Shown here: positions 23,225 through 35,002 of the stretch, in pieces
Layout of the letters: the number at the start of each line of letters is the position of its first letter
How positions within the stretch are numbered: the first letter of the stretch is position 1
Assembly: GCA_964036045.1 (NCBI GenBank)
Contig: OZ038378.1
Location: 54,684,001-54,748,000, forward strand
DNA: 64,000 nucleotides
Direction of reading: 5' to 3'
From: Eutreptiella sp. 'Long Island Sound 2002'
Lineage: Eukaryota; Protista; Euglenida
Notes under the pieces: model-generated
What the model was told of the DNA's origin: nothing
The model's input: the letters and a program-made list of their open reading frames with translations, nothing else
Database searches by the model: none
Program-made: the position numbers and the translations under genes

Positions 23225-25270
23225 ATAACCCCTGCCCCATTAGGGGTCCCAATCGCTTCAAATCGGGGGACAGAATGAAAAGTAGCCTATAAGGGGGCCG
23301 GGCGGCTACATAACCCGTGCCCCCTGACGGGTCCCCAACACTTCAAAGCGGGGGATGGAATCAAAAGTGGCCCACAAATGGACGAGGTGGCTATATAACC
23401 CCTACACTTTAGAAGCCACCTAGGGGTCCCCAACGCTTCAGAGCACATGACAAAATCATCAATGGCCCACAAGTGAGCCGGGTGGTTACATAACCCCTGC
23501 CCCACGGGGGTCCCCAGTGCTTCACAGTGGGGAACAAAATCGGCAGTCTCCAACAAATGGGCCGGGTGGCTACATAACCCCTGCTACCCGTGGGGTCCCC
23601 AACGCTTCAGATGGGGGACAAAATCAGAAATGGTCCAAAAATGTGCTCGGTGGCTACAGACCCCTGCCGCCTAGGGGGTCCCCTACGCTTCAGAGCACAG
23701 GACTAAATCATCAACGGCCCACAAGTGGGCTGGGTGGCTACATAACCCCTGCCGCATGAGGCGTCCCAAACACTTTAGAGCGGGGGACAAAACCAAAGGT
23801 GGCCCACAAATGGGCTTGGTGGCTATATAACCACCGCCATCTAGGGGGTCCCCAATACTTCAAAGCGAGGGATAGACTCAGAAGTGGCCCAGCAAGTGGT
23901 ATGTATCCCTTGCTGCGCGAGGGGTCCTCAACGCTTCGGACCGTGGGACAAAATCACAAGAGGCCCACAAGTGGGCTGGGTGGCTATATAACCCCTGCCA
24001 CCTTAGGGGTGCCCTCCGCTTCAGAGCGGGGGACACAATGAGAAGTGGCCCACAAATGGGCTCCGTGGCTAGATATCCTTGCTGCATAGGGGGTCCCCAA
24101 CGCTTGAGAGCGGGGGATAGGATCACAAATGGCTCAGAAATGCACCCCTTGGCTACATAACCAGTGCCGCAGGGGGGGTCCCTAACACTTCACAGCGGGG
24201 GACAGAATCACAAGGAGCCCACAAGTGGGCCGGGTGGCTACATAACCCCTCCTGCTTGGGGGTCCCCAACGCTTCAAAGTGGGGGACGGAATCGAAAGTG
24301 GCCCACAAGTGCGCGGAGTGCCTACATAAACCCTGCCGCCTGATGGGTCCACAATGCGGTAGAGGTGGGGATAGAATCAGAAGTGGCCCACAAATGGGCC
24401 GGGTGGCTATATAAACCTTGCCGCCTAGGGAGTCCCCAACGCTTCATAGCGGGGGATAGAATTAGAAGTGGCCCACAAATGGGCCTGAAGTCTATATAAC
24501 CATTGCTGCCTGGGGGTCCCCAAAGCTTCAGAGGCAGACGGAATCAGCAGTGGCCCACAAGTGGGCTAGGTGGCTTCATAACTGGTGCTGCTTGGGCGGT
24601 CCCAAACGCTTCATAGCGGGGGACAATATCAGAAGTGGCCCACAAGTGGGCCGAGTGCCTACATACACCCTGCTGCCTGATGGGTCCCCAATGCCGTAGA
24701 GGTGGGGCGGCTATATAACCCTTGCCGCCTAGGGAGTCCGCAATGCGGTAGAGGTGGGGATAGAATCAGAAGTGGCCCACAAATGGGCCGGGTGGCTATA
24801 TAAACCTTGCCGCCTAGGGAGTCCCCAACGCTTCAAAGCGGGGGACTGAATCAGAAGTGGCCCACAAATGGGCCTGAAGTCTATATAACCACTGCTGCCT
24901 GGGGGTCCCCAAAGCTTCAGAGAGGGGGACGGAATCAGCAGTGGCCCGCAAGTGGGGTAGGTGGCTTCATAACCGGTGCTAGATGGGGGTCCCAAACACT
25001 TTAGAGCGGGGGACAGAATCAGAAATGGCCCAGAACTGGGCCGGGTGGCTAGATAACCCCCGCTGCCTGGCGGGTCTGCAGCGCTTCCGAGTGGCGGATA
25101 GAATCAGCCATGGCCCACAAGTGGGCCGGGCGGCTACATAACCCCTTCAGCCCGGGAGTCCCCAACGGTTTAGAGCGGGGGATAGAATAATAAGCTACAT
25201 AGCCCTTGCCGCCGGGGGGGTCCCCGACGCTTCAGAGTGGGGGACAGAATCAGAAGTAGCCCACAGGTGG
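23225..25270 (+). repeat. Satellite B main array (about 24 monomers of 84-85 bp)
   Basis: Continuous tandem copies; AGAAGTG anchors at 24379 and 24464; ORF track shows a 28-aa periodic pseudo-peptide GSPTLQSGGLNQKWPTNGPEVYITTAAW. Confidence 0.96.
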
Positions 25271-25333
25271 GGACATCAGCTACATGTATGCATTTTCAAT
25301 AAAATTGTTAATTTCTTTTTGCTGTAAGGACGA

Positions 25334-25470
25334 GTAATTTTTTTTTGTTTTTTTGCGGTAAAGGCGTGTAAAAAAATCGTCACATCGTGTAATTTTTTTG
25401 CAAAAAAAATGCACGACATAACGACTTTTTTGTTACACACGCTTACCGCAAAAAAAATTAAACGAATTAC
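25334..25470. repeat. AT-rich imperfect palindrome of about 137 bp (MITE-like hairpin)
   Basis: TTTTGCGGTAA (25351-25361) pairs with TTACCGCAAAA (25443-25453); TCGT..TCGTG pairs with CACGA..ACGA; centre T7-G-C-A8 at 25400/25401; outer GTAATT and AATTAC. Confidence 0.85.
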
Positions 25471-26409
25471 AACATACACTCTTCCCAATACCCCTTTGCT
25501 AACGGGGAACAACACATTCATCTACTATGCCAATTGACAACACCGATGTCAATGCAAGCAACGAACACTTTTGCACACACATCCGGAAAGACGAAGGGGA
25601 GCATCCATATTCTATGCGTGACATTTGACACCGACCCACAAGCCTGAACTCCTTTCCAAAATGAGACCATATGTCCGATCACCCTTGGTAGAGCGACTAC
25701 ATGCATTGAGCTCTCTTGGTCGGGAATTGAAATGACCTTTGAAATGGTCACCTTCACACCAACTTGGTGCAATGAAATGTAACCAAGGACAATAGCACAT
25801 TCTACTGGGTATAAACGAAAGAACCCAGAACAATTGTACCTACAAACTGGATTTCGGGTGTTCTAAACCAGTTCACATATATGCTTGGAAGCAATCACAG
25901 GACGCTCGCAGTGTGGGAGATCGCACCACTGCCGGCCAGATTGTTGCCGCTTGTGCTACAAAGCCTTACAACTCTTGGATGATTTCACACTTTGGGCTCA
26001 TATATGTGCCCATTGGGTGCATGAACTTTGCTAGTGCACGTTCGGAATGAATCCACAGCTGATCTGCAATTGCTGAATTGTGGTTTCAAAAAGCTCAACT
26101 CGGGGAGCTCCTAACATTTGGAAACCACTGTTGCCGTCCAAAATGAAAGTAATCGTTGGGTGCACTGAGGCAAATGGTGGCTCTCATTTGATCGAGTGTG
26201 ATGCATATAGGGGAGTTTTTGGGAGAATAGGGGGGAAGGCTAACCTGCCCAAATCCGTCCATGGGCAGTCCACCGGATGGAGTTTGAGGAGCCGCAGGGT
26301 GAGGGGATCCCCCTTTTCCGGGTGGAGAATCCTTTTTTGGGAGGTTCTTGAGCCTGTCCGAAGTCCTCTTCTCAGAAATGTCGATTTTGTGTCATTTTTG
26401 CCATGTTCT

Positions 26410-26820
26410 CATGTCTAGCAAGGCTGCTGGTGAGTCTCAAACTTGCTGGCCTTATTCCTCCAACATATTGTCAATGAAGGTCAAGTCCTTTGGGATGGAT
26501 TTGTTGCCTTTAACTTGTAGAAGCCATGTGCAAAGTGGCAGCCCTCAACTCAACAATACGTTGGCTGACTTGATCGGTAACCACCCCGGACCTCTGTGCA
26601 GCATGGTGCTGCCAGTTCGAATCAGGCTGCATTGGGGTGTGTGCATGGTGGTCATTGGTCAAATTAGCCAACATAGTGTTGAGTTGAGGAGAGCCACATT
26701 GGACATGGCTTCTACACATCAAAAGCAACAAATGCACACTGAAGGACTTGACCCCCCATAGACAATATGTTGGAGGAGTGGCAAGGTTGAGACGCCCTCT
26801 CTGCAGCCTGGCTGGCAACA
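26410..26820. repeat. Long diverged inverted repeat (arms about 170 bp, about 65-bp centre)
   Basis: CCTCCAACATATTGTC...TAGAAGCCATGT...CCTCAACTCAACA at 26457-26555 recurs as a reverse complement at 26675-26778; the ORF track shows the same peptide (CRSHVQxGSPQLN) on both strands. Confidence 0.88.
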
Positions 26821-27837
26821 GGCCTGAACCTTGAAAACATCAAAAGTTCCCCCTCGGTACTCAAAGAATGCCCCAGGCCCCCCACGACCCATACTTCTCC
26901 GAATAGCCCTTTTCTTGGAGACTTCAAAAATGTACATGACCCCTCCCCCCTGGGTGACAACGATCCCCCCCCCCCTAGGTGACAATAATTTTGAGCAATT
27001 CGGGCAAAAAGTTGAAACCCTGGATGGATTAGAGACCCCATAACCCATAAAACACCCATAAGTTGCACATGGTCTGGTACTTGTGGGGGGGAGGCGCAAC
27101 TTGAACAAGGAATGGACCTCTAGAACCCCAAACCAACCGCCCATTTATGCCTAAAATCCCACATGGGATAAACTTTGTGAACAACCCCAAAAAAGTAGCT
27201 TGCAAGATGCTCACATCTGCCCAACCCTCTGCGACGTATTTTTGGGATGTGTGGGTGGACATAAGAAAAAATCTCAAACACAAACTAGAAGCACAATCCA
27301 ACCCCAGCTCCAACCTGACAAGTAATTGTGACAAAGTGACCCTTGCCAAGTCGGGCCTGGATCTTAGTTTCTGGAATTGGCTGTTTGATGTGCTGGAAAT
27401 ACTCATGCAACAACGACGGCGCCTGGATGTCAAGGGCAGCAGCACTTTCCTCCTCAAGCAGCACGGTTGGGACTAGAGGCGGCGCTAGCAGTGCAACGAT
27501 GGGTGCAGGCGTCGTAGTTGTAGCTGGGGCCTGAGCTGGGGTAGGCTTGGCTGGAGCAGGACTGGAAGTCGCCAGCTGTGGGGTGCATGAAGAGGATGGC
27601 ATGTTGCTATCCCCCAACTCAAATCAAAAACTGCACGGTGAAGGGCGTCCAGAAAGAAAGGGATTGTTGGTTTGCTGTGCACTGCTTTGAGTACTGTGAT
27701 TACCTGAATCCGATCGATAATCAACCAATGGCGCTCAGCTGATAACCAACCGGAGATGATGGTTCATAATCAGTGGTTGACATTTCCAATGGGGGATGAT
27801 GGCTTATGAACCGCAGTTCGTGGGTGACTGACAGCTG

Positions 27838-28257
27838 CAGGGGTGTCCTTAACGGAAAAAAAAGAAAAAAAAAGTGTTCCGGTTTCCCAAAAAGGCCCGC
27901 GGGCACTCCATGTGCTCAACCATGGTTGGTGGCAGTTGGCGGTTGGCGGTTGGCGGCAGTTGGCGGTTGGCAGTTGGCAACTGGCGGTTGGTGGCGGTTG
28001 GTGGTGGTTGGCGGCGGTTGGTGGCTGGCGGTTGGTGGTTGGAGGCAGTTGGCAGTGGTTGGCAGTTGGCGGTTGGTCGCCGCTGGCGGTTGGCGGCGGT
28101 TGGTGGCTGGCGGTTGGTGGCGGTTGGTGGTTGGCGGTTGGTGGCGGTTGGCAGTTGATGGGAGTTGGCGGTTGGCGGTTGGTGGTCCCTTGGGGCTGTC
28201 CTTAAGGGCTGTCCTTAGCAAAAAAAAAAAAAATCTCGTCCCTTAAGGACGCCCCTG
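27838..28257. mobile_element. Non-autonomous hAT-type MITE, 420 bp, with a (GGCGGTT/GGTGGTT)n body
   Basis: TIRs CAGGGGTGTCCTTAACGG (27838-27855) and CCCTTAAGGACGCCCCTG (28240-28257), 16/18 match; exact 8-bp TSD GACAGCTG at 27830-27837 and 28258-28265. Confidence 0.92.
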
Positions 28258-28749
28258 GACAGCTGTTGGTCAGCAATCAGGCTGCATCCACTGTGCTGAC
28301 ACTCGCTGCTGCTCGCCGGCACCCGTGCTGTTGATGCTTGTGGATGCTACCAGTGTTCTGTTGCCACTCTTTGTACCCCTGGTGCCAAAAGTCCAAGGAG
28401 CACCGTGGCAGCCGAGTCTATGCTACTGCAGTGCTAGCGTTGCGTGTGTCAGAAATCATCATTGTGATGCCTGAAGAAAGAACTCATGTTTATAAGATGC
28501 AGCTCCATTTGCGCATTTGACTGGTCAGGTGACCCACTCCCCCAGGTGACCCACACATACAATTCCGGAGTCGGCAGCCTGGCATGCATGTATGTAGCTA
28601 GGGGGCCCGCAGCAGCAGCACCAAGCAGTAGCAGTTCAGGAGCAGCACCAAGCAGTAGCAGTTCAGGCGCTCCGCCAGCTTGCTGGTGCTGCGGCAATCA
28701 CACTGCAGAATAGAAACACATTGCCAACTGCTGCTATTTCCTCTCCTTG

Positions 28750-29900
28750 CACGCAACAAAGCCGAAACTTACTCTTGCTGCATGAGGTATCAGTATCACG
28801 GCCACACCAGCTTTTGGCGTCGACTTTCATGTTCCTCTTTGGTCAGAATGCCGGCCTGCAGTAACTCATCCAATTTTGCGATCTTAGCCAGAGTTGGGGC
28901 ACTCATGGACGTGGCAGCTGCACCTGAACAAAGGCATTAATGTTGAGGTAAAAGGGTACTGCACCGCAATGCCCCGCAGTCGTTTGCATTGGTTGTTCCT
29001 CCACTCCATACGCCATTGTTTGGAAAGGGCGCGGTGCAAGTCAACCCCAGCTCTTTGGAAACTGTAAGATCGCACGTATGACAGTGCAGAGTGGATCATT
29101 GGATGTGTAGGGTGCCCATCTTTGTGTTGCTGGTCATGATGTCAGAGGGAATCACAGACTCTCGGAGTGGAGCGTATTAGCCGACATCTGCATACACCAA
29201 AGGCTAAATTTTCCCCCACAAATGAGAACCAAAAAGATGGGGAGAAACGGGGGGGGGGATCGGTCGTCTCCAGGGGAATGAGGAGGCAAGGATAGCCGTG
29301 TGTGTGCAGTTTATGGAGAACAAGAGCTTTATTCCATATTCCGCATAGAGGCCCCCAGATGCGCCAACATGCGAAAAGCCCCCCAGAAGATGCTTATTAC
29401 AGGGACCACATCTCGGCCACTGTAGGCCCTTTATGGCAGTTGATGGTGACATGTGTTTCACGCAGCCACAACTAGACCTGACCAAGATATCTCAAGGTGA
29501 ATGCTACCCGCCTTGTGAAAGAGCAGATTGAATCTCTGCAACAGCATTTGCAAACTGATCACACACTTGGCTTTGCAGTTGGTGCAGCCTGATAATTTTC
29601 CAACAATTTCGGCGCTTTTCCGCTGTTATCGGTCATGGAATCAAAACCCTACAGCGGTACGGATTGGTACTGAAAAACAAGGCCCCTTCACAGATGTTCC
29701 TCGCAAAATGCAGGCACATTCCACATGTGTTAACAAGACACGTGCACGAAACAAACTTTCTGCAAAACGGTTCAACGCTGTTTTCAAAATCTCCCTTGCC
29801 CCTAGCGTGCTTTTTGAGCACTTGGGTGTGCATGACAATCTACCAACCATGTGTCTACACTTCTCAGGGTGATCAAGCACTGCTCACTGCATCCTAGGCA
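28750..29900 (-). pseudogene. Degenerate piggyBac-like transposase (copy 2)
   Basis: TNPYRC/GFDSMTDNSG..LLENY (about 29670-29590) resembles KP..G+K...D..SGY...Y; KHLLGGFSHV...LYAEYGIKL (about 29395-29325) resembles the second-D region; SYSFQRAGVDLHRALSKQWRMEWR (about 29070-29000) resembles Y....GVD...Y...R. Confidence 0.45.
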
Positions 29901-32779
29901 ACCTGATCGGTGCCATTGCCAATTCACAATGTGTGGAGGTTTTCGCTTGGAGGCCATAGGCGGACAGCATGTGTGGTCCCTTAAGTTTTGTTTGACAATC
30001 ACTAAATGTACAAGGCTCTTATGCGTAATACAACCATCAACCATTCTTTGGTCTTTGACCTCTTTGCTTGTGTACCCCTTACATCGGTCTCCAATTGCTC
30101 GTTGACGCACGCCGAGAAAACGAAAGGATCCGTTGTTGGTGGTTTTTCTGATTGTGTTGTTGTTATTGTTGTGGTCGTTGTTCTTGTTAGCTTTGTGTTT
30201 GCCGTGAATGGTTCTTGGCAGTTGGGTTGCCGTTGTGGTCAGTTCCAAGGGGTTGTGAAGGCTCATGGTCAAGAGTCCAGCTACCGTCCACTTCCTTCTG
30301 CGCTCAAAGGTATTGTGTGGACATAGATGCAAGGCTGGAAAGATGATGCACCCACTTCACCAATCAACACAACAACAAAGTTTGCAAAATTGCCCTAAAT
30401 TGCTCCTTTGTCCAATGGGAAGGCATGTGGTTCTGGACCACAGAGAGTTTTTGAGAGAGTTGCAATAATATGGTCCAAGAGCGGCACCTAGTCACACCTT
30501 GGATGTCTAGCAGAGATTGTGTCAAGAAGGCTCGCTCAATTCGCTAAACCCTAGTGAGGATATACCACTTTTGGTTGCCGGCACAATGTTAACGGCGATT
30601 CATTGATTTTCGTTCTCGAATGCTCGTTTCCAAGATGCGGTTGTGTTTGCATAAAAGGGTGTTGTGTCACCATGCCCTTTTTGTTGTAGCCTCTTTTCCA
30701 CGCCTTAAGAGCGATGTAACACTAACAACAAGAAATTGAGGTTGGAAATATGGTATATTGCACGAATTCAAACCTACACTTGGTAGAAGATGCACCACTA
30801 GCAGTCATTGGTCACCACTCGAGTGCCCATCTTTAGGCCAGAGGTGCAAGGACCTTTCGAACCAAAATAGCCCCAGCACTCCATCCCCTACCCCTTAATG
30901 AGTCAAAAGCAACATATCCAAGCAATGATGTCCATAGTTTTTAGCATGAAAGCCTCCGAATGGTTCCACACTGTTCTCTCAAGCCAGGAGTCTTGGCTGC
31001 ACTTGAGTCTTATTAATTAATCCAATTGCAATTAATTAATTAATTAATTAATCCAATTGCGAGCAATAAAAATATTGCCATCCATTGGAAGCCTTGTCGA
31101 AGTTGCACACAGTAGGGGGGCTCAAGGTATAGCACTCCCCAGGGGCCTAGTGACAGAGGAGAAAGAGAGTAAGATGGCAAAGCACAAAACAGGGGTGAGG
31201 GGAAGTATGTTGATGCCGGTGGATGTTCAAATAAAAAACTTCCTAAGCTCTACTGTTGTTGGCGGTTGGCATGAAGCCCCCGACCTGCGAAGAGGCCGTG
31301 AAGAGCTTGGGAAGTAACATTAAAACGTGGAGCCAGAAGCCCAGCATGAGTCACCACATATAGGCAACCCATGATCTCTATTTGGCCACTTAGCATTGCT
31401 TGACACCTGAAGAAAAGCCTTGCGCATGTAGACGCTTGAGCCTGGCACTCTTGCGCCACCCAGATATAAGGAGTTGTGTCTAGCCGCGGTTAGCATGGCT
31501 GGCTGCCTTTGCAACCCCCCGTTTGGAGTCGTGTAGTGTGCTAGTCACAAGAGCAAGCACACGTCAGCACAAAAAGATCCTCCTCAATGGTACCATAGGC
31601 GCCTTTCGGTCTGGAAGGTCTGCAACCCCCCCCCCCCTTTTTGGAATTGTAGAGTAAGCACTCCGAACAGCCGAGTGTGATGACGTAGTGGACAACTTGG
31701 TCCCTAGCAACCTTTTTCAAAATCGGGGCTCAGCATAGCCAAGGCGTGGCGTGCGGATGACGTTTGGTACCATGAAGGCATTGTCAACATGCCCTACTTG
31801 AGACGACTTATTAGTTGGCGGACGCACTACGCCATCAACCACCTCATGATAGTGGACATGTGCAACTTGCTACGAGATGGCAAGTCACCAATGGTGGAAA
31901 CCCTCGACACTAGGGACCACATTTATGGGGGACGAGATATTCCCCATGAAGCGAAAAGATGGAACAACGACCAACGCCATTTGAATCACGAAGGTCCTGA
32001 GGTTCGTTTTGGGGGGTCCTGTCCATTGACCTCTTTTTTTTTGGAGGGGGGTCTAGCCACGTGGCTCTATTGACCCCCCCCCCTCAATTGCAAGCCCAGT
32101 TGCCCTTTCCTCGTGAAATTGGATCTCAACTCTATGGCGCAGAGCAGAGCAATGTACATGCGGGGTCACCTTGCATCCTCAGCACAAGGAAGGTGGCACA
32201 GCCTATTTTAGAATTGTGACACATAATTTGCTTGCCGTGGTGAATGGGCACATGGATTGTCACCTCATAACCCCTTTCTATAGGACCAACCAAGTCATAC
32301 CGCAATAGTTTATGAAAATCCCACGCGGATACACATACCTTTGTGAGACCTAATGACTTGCCGGAGGCCGATGCATTGAGCAATGGGTAGTTCAGAACAA
32401 ACCACCGCAAATGTTGGGTCTAGTTGGTGTGCCGGTGTGTCTCACACGAGCCTAGGGCCAACACGTTGCAATGGTCAACTCCATGGGCCATGTGGCAGGA
32501 TGCTCCTACAACTGTACAGAGCTCATAGGCACGCGGATGAGGTATTGTGAGGTCTTGCAATTGGTGCAAAAGGACAACTCTGCCAGGTTTTGCCCTCACT
32601 TTTGGGGGTTTTACATACATGGAGGAAGCAAGTCTTTGAGGGATTGTACCACACACCTTCACTGGGCCGTAATGCCTTGCCTTTTTCAACGACACCTTAC
32701 CCGGAGCACTTCCCCAACAAACTACATGTTCACTTGTGCTTCGTCGCAGAGTTTGTGGCATGCATACTATGCCACTTCC

Positions 32780-33490
32780 AAAATAAGAGGCTTAGGCTCG
32801 GATACCTTCTTTTGGACACATGGGTGCCCACCTATACACCCTATTTGCCACCCTCAAGGACAACCCTAAACCCCCACGTCTTCTATGTGTAGATTCGGCT
32901 TGTCTTGTGGTGGTTGGGGTGTTGAGGTTGCATGATGTGGTTGTAGGGTTTCGTGACATGTGTTGAACAATTTTGCCCGTTGACTCTTTTTTACGTTGGA
33001 TTTACAACAAGACACACTTTGGGGGGGTACAAATAATCGTAACACCCAAGCCACAAGAACATGCTCGTTTTTTCGATGTGTTGCTCTTGTTTCTTCAGCG
33101 TATGTGCAATTTCGAGATTAAAAAATAAAGACAAAACCTCGCTTTGTATGCGATTGATCCTCGTGCAGAGGTTTCCGCGGTTGTTAGGTCCCTAGATTGG
33201 GAGCGTGCTTTTCGCTTTGTTTCCATCGTTGGCATTGAATGCTTTGGAAATGTTGGGTATGAGAAACCTGTTGTTGGTCACCATGCGCAACCTGTGGGAT
33301 AGGTGTGAAGTCGCTTGCACCGTTTGGCCTTGAGATAAAGATGGTTGCTAAGTTAGGTAAGTGGAACAGTCTCGACACTTTTTATAGACATTATTGACGC
33401 TCGGTGATGCCCAAGACTGCGGAGTACGTTAGTTTAGTGCACACTTCCTCGGTCTTGTAGAGTGCTGGGCCCGATTACTCTCACACTACC
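32780..33490 (+). mobile_element. LINE-type reverse transcriptase fragment (frameshifted)
   Basis: QFCPLTLF (about 32968) resembles NYRPITL; FLQRMC...RQ...VRSLDWERAF (33090-33212) resembles F..GR.C...RQ...LD+EKAF; ALEMLGM..LL..MRNLW (about 33240); VR*..TVSTLFIDIID (about 33352-33400) resembles GVRQG...S..LF...+D. Confidence 0.7.
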
Positions 33491-34918
33491 CAGCAGCGTA
33501 GCCGCGGGAAGAAGAAGAAGAAGGAAGGAAGAGAACAAGAGGGCAAAGCACAAAATGGGGGTGAGCTCACCCACCTGGCCAGTGGAGGCTTAGTTGTGCC
33601 TAAGCCTAAGCCAAAGTTTTTGCATCTAGCATTGCATCATGCTTTTTGATTCTTCGTTGTGTGTTACTGATGTGGGTGGCTGCAACCTCAAGGTTACCCA
33701 ACATGAGCTAGGGGTGCCACTGGGGCAAGGTGGCTTCAACCCACCCCTCCCCCAAAATTGGATCATCCGTGAAAAAGGCCACAATGGTGAGGCACTACGT
33801 GTTGTAGGTGCTTTTGGGGCGGGGGGGGGGGGTACTGCGTGTGGAGGAAGACATCCATTTTCTAATATGCAGAAGGAGCCATGGCTAGGCATTCTATACA
33901 AGACAGAAATCTAAAGGGTTGCCGAGGAGGGGGGCAAAATGGGTTTGTAAGCTGCGGAACACACAAACCATACAACGCTTATTTGGCACGTGGCTGTATC
34001 AGAGGGTTGCAAAATGGGATTTTGTGCTATGTAATGTACAAAACATACGGAATGTCTTGGGTGCATTATTGCATGAGAGGATTGCAAATTGGGGTTTTGT
34101 CTTGAAAAATGGTCAAAACATACTTGAAGGCAATTTGAGGAGACAAAAGGGTTAGGGGGGGCAGAGTGTTGGGGACTGGTTTGTCTTCGCGCAAAACAGC
34201 GATTATATGTCGCACATGTAATAATGGTTGTTTACGGCTCTCGATCTGGAATTGTATGTACAAAATAGTGTGGTGTCTTGTCAGGCACAATGCCCTGCCT
34301 GATCCCCACACTACCCCTACCCCATTGCCATGGCCGCCGCCACCGGCAACGTTCTCAACATCACCTCCCACACCGACGCCCGAATTTGCTCCTATGTGGG
34401 CTTTTGCACTAGTTCCACACCCGCAACTTCGCCTCCCTACGGCTTGTTTTAGCCCGGCATCCGCAGCAAGCTTGCTGGATGAACAAAAAAGCGTGAACCA
34501 GGATATGCAAAATATGCACAATGTGAAGTGTCCTAAGAGCGTTGGAAAGTTGTGCACATGACGAAACGTATTGGGTGTGGGACAAGGCTTTCAAAACAAC
34601 GGTGCACGCCACAAAACGTGTGAGACGTGGGGGGCGTTGCAAGAGTGGGGTTGCATCCATGGATTGCAAAACAAGGTGTTGTGCCAAATCACGTGTCAAC
34701 TAATTAGAACGTTTTGTATCGCAAAGGTGCAATATAAGATTTCCAATGAAAACGCGGTTGTGTACAAACATTCGAAACATGGTGTACTTGGGAAGCAAAG
34801 GAGAGCTTACAACCTTTCGGATCAATACATGGGGTTCATTGTTGTCCCGGTGAATATTAGCATACTTCTTCATGCACATCGGGCTGTGCAGAGCGTTGAG
34901 CTACATGCCCGAGCAAGT

Positions 34919-35002
34919 AAAAGAGGGAGGGAGGGAGGAAGGGAGGGAGGGAGGAAAGAGAGAGAGACAGGGAGGGAGGGAGGGAGGTAGAGGGGGGGGG
35001 GG
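34919..35002 (+). repeat. Purine tract (GGGA/GAGA)n followed by poly-G
   Basis: AAAAGAGGGAGGGAGGGAGGAAGGGAGGGAGG...GGGGGGGGGGG read directly. Confidence 0.9.

Noticed and set aside
23225-25270. CRISPR array (regular palindromic repeats)
   Set aside because: The whole monomer is repeated, with no unique spacers and no cas genes; the same applies to satellites C and G.
26190-26245. LPPYSPKNSP, resembling the IS630/Tc1 LPPYSPxLNPIE motif
   Set aside because: The catalytic E is absent and no DNAxxH motif lies at the right distance upstream.
26610-26630. GTTCGAATC T-loop-like motif suggesting a tRNA
   Set aside because: No cloverleaf or A-box; it lies in the centre of the inverted repeat.
32132-32410. 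ASASGKSL as a Walker A motif
   Set aside because: Imperfect consensus and no Walker B motif downstream.
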